In this document: one piece after another, positions 24,621 to 32,000 of the stretch
Layout: every line of letters begins with the position of its first letter
Numbering within the stretch: position 1 is the first letter of the stretch
Origin: Aciduliprofundum boonei T469
GTDB lineage: Archaea; Thermoplasmatota; Thermoplasmata; Thermoplasmatales; Aciduliprofundaceae
Assembly (NCBI RefSeq): GCF_000025665.1
Contig: NC_013926.1
Span: forward strand, 870,001-902,000
Direction: 5' to 3'
DNA length: 32,000 nt
Notes under the pieces: generated by a model
Databases searched by the model: none
What the model saw: the letters and a program-made list of their open reading frames with translations, nothing else
What the model was told of the DNA's origin: nothing
Translations under genes and position numbers: made by a program

Positions 24621-25175
24621 ATGCCTGTTATTCTCCTTGTGGGTATGCCCGGTGCAGGAAAGGAAGAATTTGTTAGAGTTGCAAGAGAGGAGGGCTACGA
24701 AATAGTCAGGATGGGTGATGTTGTTCGCAATTTCGTTCTTTCTTTGGGTTTAGAACTAAAGGATGAGATTGTGGGAAAAATCGCTTCGGAGGAGAGAAAT
24801 AAATATGGTATAGATATATGGGCAAAAAGAACTTTGGAGAGGATAAAGAATAAAAAAAGAACGCTAATAGATGGAGTTAGATGCTTGGAAGAAGTAGAAG
24901 TTTTCAAAAATGCTTTGGGAGAAGATGCTAAACTTGTAGGTATATTTGCACCTAGAAAAGTCAGGTTTGAGAGAATATTGAACAGGGGAAGGGAAGATGA
25001 TATCCATAGCTGGGACGAGTTTGTTGCAAGGGAGATGAGAGAGCTCAAATGGGGTCTTGGCAATGTGTTTGCCTTGGCAGATTATATGCTTCTTAATACA
25101 TCTACTTTAGAGGATTTCAGGAAAAATGTCAGAAGCTTCCTTATTGCTCTCGAGAAAGAGGAGAATAGCTCTTGA
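24621..25175 (+). CDS. P-loop nucleotide kinase-like protein (UPF0200 / archaeal dephospho-CoA-kinase-like family)
   Basis: Walker A is present at the N-terminus (ILLVGMPGAGKEEF). RMGDVVR, IDGVRCLEEVEVF and a lid-like RGREDD segment resemble the small archaeal UPF0200 kinases. Confidence 0.75.
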   Translation: MPVILLVGMPGAGKEEFVRVAREEGYEIVRMGDVVRNFVLSLGLELKDEIVGKIASEERNKYGIDIWAKRTLERIKNKKRTLIDGVRCLEEVEVFKNALGEDAKLVGIFAPRKVRFERILNRGREDDIHSWDEFVAREMRELKWGLGNVFALADYMLLNTSTLEDFRKNVRSFLIALEKEENSS

Positions 25176-25589
25176 AGATATTTTTATTATTTTATCCTCT
25201 TCTATGGCTGTTTTCAAAGTGCTCTTTGGAGGGGCAACGAATGGAAACTCACCCCATACATAACTCACTTCTCCTTCTTCTACAATACTTTTCCCAAAGC
25301 TTTTTAATTTTCCACTGAGCTCGAATACTTTTCCATTTTTCAAAAGGTACCATTTTTTATCATTCTTATCATATTTGTAATGCTCCTCGTAATTGCCAAA
25401 TCTTATGTAGCCGGGGGAATTTGCCTTTCTAAAATAATACCAGCCATTCTCTTTTGGCACCCTATAGAATTTTTTATCCTTTGCATTAACAATAAGAAGA
25501 GAGCCGCAGTAAGGACAGGTTAGCATCTTTGCATAGCTCTTATCTCCAAGCTCTGCATAGCAGGTTGGGCATTGCCAAGCCAATCTCAT
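25107..25589 (-). CDS. Zinc-ribbon protein with DUF4178-like C-terminal domain (function unknown)
   Basis: The N-terminal CPxC ... CPxC ribbon is WQCPTCYAELGDKSYAKMLTCPYCGSLL. A W/Y/K-rich beta region follows, ending in VWGEFPF. The ATG overlaps the folP stop (ATGA at 25586-25589). The 3' end overlaps the convergent kinase-like gene by 69 nt. Confidence 0.65.
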   Translation of the reverse strand: MRLAWQCPTCYAELGDKSYAKMLTCPYCGSLLIVNAKDKKFYRVPKENGWYYFRKANSPGYIRFGNYEEHYKYDKNDKKWYLLKNGKVFELSGKLKSFGKSIVEEGEVSYVWGEFPFVAPPKSTLKTAIEEDKIIKISSRAILLFLESNKEASDIFPEIL

Positions 25590-26779
25590 ATTTTTACCTC
25601 CGTAATTTTCTCAAGCATCCTTATCGCTCGGAAGTTCTCCTTTACATCATGTACTCTGATTATTGAGGCCCCTTTAAGTGAGGCAATTACATCGCTTGCA
25701 ATAGTGCTTTCTAATCTCTCTTCTACAGGCAAATCAAGGAGCTTGCCCATATAGCTCTTTCTAGATGCCCCAACCAAAATAGGAAAACCCAGAGATTTGA
25801 AAGAATCAAAATATTTCAAAATTCTCAAATTATCCTCTACTCTCTTGCCGAACCCGATTCCTGGATCTATCATTATCTTATCCTCTTCTATCCCTTTCTT
25901 CAAGGCAAATTCTATTCTCTCCCTCAAGAATTTTGCTATTTCACCTATCGTATCTGCATAGCTTGGATTTAGTTGCATGTTCTTTGGCTCTCCTTTCATA
26001 TGCATTATTACCACGGCCGCATCGTAATCTCTTACTATTTCTGCCATACCTTCTTTTCTCAATCCGTAAATATCATTCACCATGCTCACTCCTCTCTTTA
26101 ATGCCTCCTCGGCAACCCTAGGTTTGTATGTGTCTATTGAAATTGGAACCTTTAGCTCTTGCAATTCTTCTATCACGGGCAGAACTCTCTTCATTTCCTC
26201 ATCCTCACTTACTGGCTCTGAAAATGGACGAGATGATTCTCCACCAATATCAATTATATCTGCACCTTCCTTGACCATCTCCTTTGCTCTCTCCACAGCC
26301 CTCTCAACGCTCAAATATTTTCCCCCATCGGAAAATGAATCTGGTGTGACATTTAGTATGCCCATTATTTTCACAGGTGGTATTTTTATTTTATACTCCC
26401 TTGCCTCTATTACAAATTCTCTTTTGGCGTAGTTCTCTATTACTTCTTTCATTTCATCTGACATCTCTTTACCCTTGAAGGGCTGCTTTCTCATTTTCTC
26501 TATCAATATTTCGAATTGTCTTAGAGTGCCAAACAATATGGCATCCGTACTTTCACATTTTAATGCGGCAGTGCACCATGGCAATGCGCATTCCATCCCC
26601 GCTGCCAAAGCTTCCTGCTTTAGAAGAAGCGCCCCTTTAAGCGGTAAATTTTCCATTCTTAAAACTATAAAATTTCCCTTCTTTGCCATAATTGAAATAC
26701 CATCTTCACTCACACCAATTTTTCTCATAAAATGCTCTAAATCATAGGAGCTTTTATTGAATACTAATGCATTGAACAT
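25586..26779 (-). CDS. folP: Dihydropteroate synthase with ~125-aa N-terminal extension
   Basis: The pterin-binding core is IMGILNVTPDSFSDGGKY, GADIIDIGGESSRPFSEPVS, ISIDTYKP, VNDIYGL, IMIDPGIGFGK and LVGASRKS. The N-terminal 125 residues have no match to the DHPS barrel. Confidence 0.9.
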   Translation of the reverse strand: MFNALVFNKSSYDLEHFMRKIGVSEDGISIMAKKGNFIVLRMENLPLKGALLLKQEALAAGMECALPWCTAALKCESTDAILFGTLRQFEILIEKMRKQPFKGKEMSDEMKEVIENYAKREFVIEAREYKIKIPPVKIMGILNVTPDSFSDGGKYLSVERAVERAKEMVKEGADIIDIGGESSRPFSEPVSEDEEMKRVLPVIEELQELKVPISIDTYKPRVAEEALKRGVSMVNDIYGLRKEGMAEIVRDYDAAVVIMHMKGEPKNMQLNPSYADTIGEIAKFLRERIEFALKKGIEEDKIMIDPGIGFGKRVEDNLRILKYFDSFKSLGFPILVGASRKSYMGKLLDLPVEERLESTIASDVIASLKGASIIRVHDVKENFRAIRMLEKITEVKI

Positions 26780-26820
26780 AAGGGGAAAATAAGTTTAAAA
26801 ATAAAAAATATTTGGAAAAA

Positions 26821-28212
26821 TCATAACCAGTAGAGCCAGATAAAGTATATTACAAACACGATTGCAAGTATGTACATTAGCGGGGTTATCTCCTTGAATC
26901 TCCTCGTAGCCATCTTTGTTATCACATATGTAATTATGCCTGCGCCTATTCCATTTGATATGCTGTAAGTGAATGGCATAACTATGAGAGTTATGAAAGC
27001 TGGAATGTACTCTGTGTAATCGTCAAAATTCACCATCTTCATGTTTGAGAGCATAAAGAGACCCACAAGAATCAAGGCAGGGGCAGTGGCGGCTGATGGC
27101 ACAAGGGCGACTATGGGTGTTATGAAGAGTCCAATTGTAAAGAGGAGAGCCACAACTATACTTACCAATCCTGTACGGCCACCCTCTTCTACACCAGCGG
27201 CACTTTCTATGTATGTAGTTACTGTGGATGTACCTATCAAAGCACCGAATGTAGTGCCTATAGCATCGGTCAATAACATTCTTGTTAGCGGTTTTTCAGG
27301 TATGTTTCCCTTCTCATCAAGGTCTCCAACCTTCGCCGATAGACCTGTTACAGTGCCCAAGGTATCAAAGAAATCCACCATAAGGAAAGCAAAGATAACT
27401 CCCAAGGCTCCTGCATTGATCAGCCCTTGAAAATCTAGTTTTAAGGCAATGGGTGCAATTGATGCTGGTAAAGAGACAGGTGAGGATGGCAAAGAGAATC
27501 CTGATGGGTAAAGTTGTGATGCTGCCCACGGATTATGTATTGCCCATAAAACTGCTGCTAATGTGGAGCCAAGTATTCCCCAGAGAAGTGCTCCTTTTAT
27601 TCTGTTAACCAAGAATATTATTGTTATGAATATCCCGAATAGTGCTATGGCAACAGATGGAATATTTATGTAGTTCATGGATACCACTACACCAACTGCC
27701 TGTCCATTTGGAAGCAATTTTTCTGCTGTGTATCTGATTATGTTGGCGTTATTTAGACCTATAAATGTAAGGAATAGTCCTATGCCTGCGCCTATAGAAT
27801 ATTTGAGCGTAACTGGAAATGCATTTGCCACCATCGTTCTAACTTTTGTGACTGAGAGTGCTATGAAAATCAAACCTTCAATGAACACTGCGGTAAGAGC
27901 AACCTGCCATGAATAACCCATAACCAATACTACGCTGTAGGTGAAATAAGCGTTTAATCCCATACCAGGTGCCAATGCATAGGGTTTCTTAGCTAAGAGA
28001 CCCATAAGCGCTGTTATCACTGCAGTTGCTATAACGGTGGTCGTTACAAGAGGTGCAAATGGCATGTGAGCCTTACTGAGAATTGCTGGATTTACGAAGA
28101 TTATGTATGCCATAGTCATGAATGTTGTAAACCCTGCGATAACTTCAGTTCTTATCGTGGAGCCATGTTCACTAATCTTAAAAAACGAGTCTAATTTTTC
28201 AGACCATGTCAT
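26821..28212 (-). CDS. NCS2/AzgA-family purine (adenine/guanine/hypoxanthine) permease
   Basis: The N-terminus is FFKISEHGSTIRTEVIAGFTTFMTMAYIIFVNPAIL, the PbuG/AzgA signature. The protein has about 12-13 TM segments and contains ESAAGVEEGGRTGL. Confidence 0.9.
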   Translation of the reverse strand: MTWSEKLDSFFKISEHGSTIRTEVIAGFTTFMTMAYIIFVNPAILSKAHMPFAPLVTTTVIATAVITALMGLLAKKPYALAPGMGLNAYFTYSVVLVMGYSWQVALTAVFIEGLIFIALSVTKVRTMVANAFPVTLKYSIGAGIGLFLTFIGLNNANIIRYTAEKLLPNGQAVGVVVSMNYINIPSVAIALFGIFITIIFLVNRIKGALLWGILGSTLAAVLWAIHNPWAASQLYPSGFSLPSSPVSLPASIAPIALKLDFQGLINAGALGVIFAFLMVDFFDTLGTVTGLSAKVGDLDEKGNIPEKPLTRMLLTDAIGTTFGALIGTSTVTTYIESAAGVEEGGRTGLVSIVVALLFTIGLFITPIVALVPSAATAPALILVGLFMLSNMKMVNFDDYTEYIPAFITLIVMPFTYSISNGIGAGIITYVITKMATRRFKEITPLMYILAIVFVIYFIWLYWL

Positions 28213-28254
28213 GCATCCACCATGGAAAATATGTGTTTCATATATTTAATAATT

Positions 28255-28701
28255 TCATTGCTCTACATCAAAGCTTATCTCTAGCAACTCTTTGGCTCTC
28301 CTAAACCTCCATTTTGTTATCTTTATTTTCCCCACTTCACCTGTGCTATTAGTATGCTCTTTGTTGCAGGCATTAACATTCCAGTTATCTATGACAACGA
28401 TTTTCAGGGTTTTTACATTATCCGGAATTGGAAATAGGTCGTATATATCCTCTCCAAACATTTCTTCGGCTTTATCTCTTGGCAATGTTAAAATTTTTAT
28501 TGGAACATTTTCCCCTATTTTTTCATTTGCAAGTTCCTCTATTCTTTTCATCTCATCTTGAGACGGCTTTCTGTGATATTTCACTGTTAATCTCCCGTGA
28601 TTGCCACTTACATAAACGCTTGCTGTCCATTTTGCACCCAAAACTTTAACCACAGCTCCCTTTAGTATGTGCAAAGCAGTATGGGTTTTTATTTCATCCA
28701 A
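28255..28701 (-). CDS. alaX: Alanyl-tRNA editing protein AlaX-S
   Basis: Zinc-binding motifs HTALH (HxxxH) and CNKEH (CxxxH) are present. Overall it closely resembles the Pyrococcus AlaX-S sequence as I recall it ([10 protein letters not shown] ... [11 protein letters not shown] ... [10 protein letters not shown]). The start must be TTG at 28701, 2 nt after the infB stop, because any later start would remove HTALH. Confidence 0.88.
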   Translation of the reverse strand: MDEIKTHTALHILKGAVVKVLGAKWTASVYVSGNHGRLTVKYHRKPSQDEMKRIEELANEKIGENVPIKILTLPRDKAEEMFGEDIYDLFPIPDNVKTLKIVVIDNWNVNACNKEHTNSTGEVGKIKITKWRFRRAKELLEISFDVEQ

Positions 28702-28703
28702 TA

Positions 28704-30440
28704 CTACAACCCCCAGAAGGGCTTTTCTTTTCTTTTAATTCTTGCAATCTCATCTAAAACCTCTTTATCTTCGTAACTTAAATTCATCTTGAAGAGTTTT
28801 CTAGCATGCTCCTCTGGGATGTCCACATAGTATGTTTCACCCGCTTTCACTTGCCTCCCAACGGTTACTCCATCTATTGCAATTGCAACCTCTTCTCCCA
28901 TTATTGCCTCGAGCACATTATTTTCCCCGCTTCTTATGCTCTTTATCCTTCCTACAACCCGACCATCTTCTCTCAATATTCTCTGCCCTACTCTTATTCT
29001 ACCACCAAGAACTCTAACACCTACAATAGCAGGCTTACTCAAGCGGAAAATATACTCAGGTAGAATCTTAAACTTGCCTGGAAAGGTTATCTCCATCCTC
29101 TTCTCCGCTTCCAATTCTCTCTTTTTCTCATCCATCCACTCTTTATAATCTTCAATGATCTTGTAAACTACATTATTCGTGAATATTTTTATCTTGCTTG
29201 CCTCTTTCTCTGCATCCGGCAGGATTTTTACATTGAATCCTAATATCACCCTATACAGGGGATTTCCTATTGTTTGAGCATTTACAATATCTCTTTTACT
29301 TATATCCCCAATGTCTGCCATTTTTATTGGTAGCCCCTCTTGTTTCAACTCGTAAGCCAGAGCTTCCAAAGAGCCGAGGGCATCGGCTTTTATTATCACT
29401 CCTTCCTCTTGAGTTTCTATGTGGATGCCCGTCTCTTTTCTCACCCTGTTAACTACCTCTTCTAGGTTATCATCTGCAACTATTACAGGCGAGCCCGCAA
29501 GGGCATTTTCCAAGTTTGGTGCTGCTATTTTTATTCCTGCTGCGGCATGCACTTCGTCCACACTCAAGAACCTATCTCTCGGGTCTCGCATCTCATCCAA
29601 AGGTTTTGGCTTTAATATTGCCTTTATTTTGGTTATTATCGGTTCATCATGGCTCCCAACCACTATTGTATCACCCTTGCGCATTGTGCCAGAGTATAAA
29701 ATCACATCTATTGTTTTTCCCAAACCTCTTTCTTCTTTAACTTCTAAAACTGTGCCCTCACCAGGTCCCTCTTCCGTTTTTAGATTTTCCTCTAAGAACC
29801 TTTGGGCTAAACCTACAAGAACTAATAACAAATCTGCAATTCCTATGCCCAATTTTGCGCTCATTGGAATAATTGCAAGGTTCTGAGTGAAATCGGCAAT
29901 TCTATCGTATCTATCAGCGGAGAACCCAAGCTCGTATAATTTTTCCACTATCTTATAAATCTTTTCATCAACGGATTGCTGCACCTCTTCTTTTTGCTTT
30001 TGAATTGCAAATATGAATGGCTCATCTTTACAGTTTTTCCAGCCATAAATCAAATCAATCTTATTTGCCGCGATAACAAAGGGGGTTTTGTATCTTTTGA
30101 GAATATTTATTGATTCCACAGTTTGTGGCATTATTCCTTCGTTTATGTCTATAACCAATACTGCCAAATCTGCAAGAGCACCTCCCCTTGCCCTCAAGGT
30201 TGTAAATGCCTCATGGCCAGGGGTATCTATGAAGAGAAGCCCTGGTACCTTGAATTTTTTGTTTATTAACTTTCCGCAAATCTTGTAAATTGCGTCAATA
30301 GGTACCTCTGTAGCTCCAATATGCTGGGTAATTGCCCCTGCTTCTCTTCTTGCAACTGAAGTGCCACGAATTTTATCCAATAGTGTAGTCTTTCCATGAT
30401 CAACATGGCCAAGAACACTGACAATCGGTTGCCTTATCAT
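28704..30440 (-). CDS. infB: Translation initiation factor aIF5B (IF-2 family GTPase)
   Basis: GTPase motifs are G1 [17 protein letters not shown]3 IDTPGHEAF and G4 ANKID. The beta-barrel domain II and C-terminal domain IV are typical of aIF5B. Confidence 0.95.
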   Translation of the reverse strand: MIRQPIVSVLGHVDHGKTTLLDKIRGTSVARREAGAITQHIGATEVPIDAIYKICGKLINKKFKVPGLLFIDTPGHEAFTTLRARGGALADLAVLVIDINEGIMPQTVESINILKRYKTPFVIAANKIDLIYGWKNCKDEPFIFAIQKQKEEVQQSVDEKIYKIVEKLYELGFSADRYDRIADFTQNLAIIPMSAKLGIGIADLLLVLVGLAQRFLEENLKTEEGPGEGTVLEVKEERGLGKTIDVILYSGTMRKGDTIVVGSHDEPIITKIKAILKPKPLDEMRDPRDRFLSVDEVHAAAGIKIAAPNLENALAGSPVIVADDNLEEVVNRVRKETGIHIETQEEGVIIKADALGSLEALAYELKQEGLPIKMADIGDISKRDIVNAQTIGNPLYRVILGFNVKILPDAEKEASKIKIFTNNVVYKIIEDYKEWMDEKKRELEAEKRMEITFPGKFKILPEYIFRLSKPAIVGVRVLGGRIRVGQRILREDGRVVGRIKSIRSGENNVLEAIMGEEVAIAIDGVTVGRQVKAGETYYVDIPEEHARKLFKMNLSYEDKEVLDEIARIKRKEKPFWGL

Positions 30441-30464
30441 ATTTTCCCGTATAACAAGATTATA

Positions 30465-31736
30465 TTAAGATTTGCTTATTTCCTTCATTTTCCTAGGCAA
30501 TGTATTCCAGCGCCAAGTTCCGTCCATAATCTCGCTATGGGAGTATCCCTTCTCTCTTAAAAACCCATACCATTTTTCAAAAAGCTCTGGATGCGTTCTC
30601 TTCAAATTATGAAATTCAGAATTTAGCATAGAGGGACACATAAAGCAGCCTATACGCTCGTATCCCATATCGTATAGGGGATTATGAGGCAGTTTTTTCC
30701 ATTCTAAAAATAGCCATACATCGAGAGCAAGCCAGTCTAAAATTGGATATATAACCTTCAAATTTCCAAGTTTTGATTCTTGAGGTCTTAGCATCCTTCC
30801 TAAAGATTCATACTTTCTAGAACCATCAACTATTGTACCTTTGAATTTTTTTAGTCCTTCTAATTTTAAATATTTTGTGCACCATCGTCTATCCTTGGTT
30901 GGTACTCCTAATTTTTCAACCATTTCCCAGAAATCTACTTTTGGCCTGATCTCAATTAGTTCAATACCCAGATAATCTGCAAAATTGTATGCGAACCTTT
31001 CCGTTTCTGGAAACTCCAATCCCGTATTGGCATATATTGCTCTCTTCACTCCTGCTTTGTATGCAAGGTATAGAGCTGTCTCGCTATCCTTGCCACCTGA
31101 GAAGGCTACATAATCTGCCTTTGCCCTTTTTATTCTCTCAATTGCCTCATTTTCAACTTTTTTCAAATATCCTAAATTTGCAGATATAGTATCTTTCATA
31201 CTGCTCTTTCTTGCAGTTTTTATTTTTCCACAGTAAATATCTTTTATTTTCGTACCTTTTTCTGTTTTAACTGCAACTCCTATGCAATTGCCCGATGAGA
31301 ATATTGCCCAATCTCCTTGGATATCCTTTTTTATTCTCTTACCCTTCAAATGTCCTTTGCTTTCAATTTTGAAATCTTCCACTCTGCCAAGAATATGAAA
31401 AAGTGATGCTCCCTTTCCTGTAGGTGTGAATTTCCATCTCCATATACCATCCTTTATGTATTCCATAATTCCTATCTTAAAACCGTCCACAAATACATCC
31501 TTGCGATAATCCAATCCGGGCTGCTTTGATAGAAGAATTAATCTTTTACTCAAGTAATTTCTTACTTCTTTGTAAGGTATGATCTTCGTTAAAATTTCTC
31601 TCTCATAATTGGAGGCAGGTCTTATATCTCCAAGATCATGAAATTTCAAAGTTCCACCTTTTTTACCGCATATATCGCATCTGTGTCCTCGCAAAGGCAC
31701 ATTGCAATTAAAACAGTGACCGATTTCCACGGACAA
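30465..31736 (-). CDS. PAPS reductase-family PP-loop enzyme with N-terminal zinc ribbon and PUA-like domain (predicted RNA-modifying enzyme)
   Basis: The PP-loop is AFSGGKDSETALYLA. The C-terminal Cys motif is RIGCFMCP. The N-terminal ribbon is CFNCNVPLRGHRCDICG. A beta-rich PUA-like segment is present (GDWAIFSSGNCIGVAVKTEKGTKIKDIY). The start is non-ATG (TTG 31736 or GTG 31730). Confidence 0.85.
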   Translation of the reverse strand: MSVEIGHCFNCNVPLRGHRCDICGKKGGTLKFHDLGDIRPASNYEREILTKIIPYKEVRNYLSKRLILLSKQPGLDYRKDVFVDGFKIGIMEYIKDGIWRWKFTPTGKGASLFHILGRVEDFKIESKGHLKGKRIKKDIQGDWAIFSSGNCIGVAVKTEKGTKIKDIYCGKIKTARKSSMKDTISANLGYLKKVENEAIERIKRAKADYVAFSGGKDSETALYLAYKAGVKRAIYANTGLEFPETERFAYNFADYLGIELIEIRPKVDFWEMVEKLGVPTKDRRWCTKYLKLEGLKKFKGTIVDGSRKYESLGRMLRPQESKLGNLKVIYPILDWLALDVWLFLEWKKLPHNPLYDMGYERIGCFMCPSMLNSEFHNLKRTHPELFEKWYGFLREKGYSHSEIMDGTWRWNTLPRKMKEISKS

Positions 31737-31761
31737 GCAAACTCTATTTGCATTATAAACT

Positions 31762-32000
31762 TTATTGCAAAATGATTACATCTCCAGCAACTACTTTTTT
31801 TATTTCTCCCTCTTTTTCAACAAGCAAAAATCCTTCGGGAGTTAAATCTTTAGCCAATCCTACGAAACTCTCATCTTCAACAATTTTAACCTTCTTGCCC
31901 AAGGTGCAATTGTATTTTTTCCAATCTTTTATTATCTCATCTCTCTCTTTCGCAATTTCATCTTCAAGTGTTTCCAAGAGTGTAGGAAGTAAATCATCTC
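31762..32000 (-). CDS. birA: Biotin--protein ligase BirA, C-terminal fragment (5' end beyond the window)
   Basis: The frame stays open to nt 32000, and the ORF-track Met at 31977 is an internal TTG Leu. LGKKVKIVEDESFVGLAKDLTPEGFLLVEKEGEIKKVVAGDVIIL matches the SH3-like BirA C-terminal domain pattern. Confidence 0.7.
   Translation of the reverse strand, partial: DDLLPTLLETLEDEIAKERDEIIKDWKKYNCTLGKKVKIVEDESFVGLAKDLTPEGFLLVEKEGEIKKVVAGDVIILQ

Noticed and set aside
1-32000. I looked for CRISPR arrays, tRNA/rRNA genes, IS elements, and defence or toxin-antitoxin cassettes
   Set aside because: No spacer-repeat periodicity was seen. No intergenic gap is longer than 135 nt, and none is GC-rich enough to hide a structured RNA in this AT-rich background. 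No transposase, integrase or nuclease-ATPase defence-type genes were recognised. The RHH protein is linked to ftsZ rather than to a toxin gene.

Overview
AT-rich, very gene-dense archaeal chromosome segment. Archaeal origin is inferred from ArcS, TiaS, TrmY, aIF5B, Rpo6/RpoK, aCPSF2-type beta-CASP nuclease and an RHH-ftsZ pair; gene content suggests a euryarchaeon, possibly thermophilic. I support 28 protein-coding genes, two of them cut by the window edges. I found no rRNA or tRNA genes, no CRISPR array, and no transposase or integrase. All intergenic gaps are under 140 nt. Many gene junctions are ATGA or 0-11 nt couplings, and six convergent gene pairs overlap at their 3' ends. Most genes are housekeeping: translation and tRNA modification (srp54, trmY, arcS, tiaS, alaX, infB, a tRNA-binding protein, a PUA/PAPS-reductase-like enzyme), ion and energy functions (K+-dependent-type membrane pyrophosphatase, MscS, NCS2 purine permease), and folP. 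The standout is a minus-strand co-directional cluster from 15331 down to 7595. It reads tandem-RHH protein (CdrS/CdrL-like), FtsZ-family GTPase, a 1598-codon non-ATPase helical-repeat protein, then arcS. The giant protein has about 23 degenerate units of roughly 62 residues carrying a TPR/MIT-like G-[ND]-Y-x-x-A signature. It ends in a CARDB-like beta-sandwich and a C4HC3 (PHD/RING-CH-like) zinc finger. I propose it as a candidate undescribed FtsZ-associated scaffold module. Secondary points: an orphan OppB/OppC-like permease pair with large fused ectodomains (one with a canonical EF-hand loop); a short family-B DNA polymerase lacking the N-terminal domain and exonuclease acidic residues; tandem PhoU/TrkA-C paralogs next to a DUF134 regulator and the pyrophosphatase, with a repeat-rich divergent promoter; and a zinc-ribbon protein translationally coupled to folP. 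All functional calls rest on motif recognition by eye. No database search was run.
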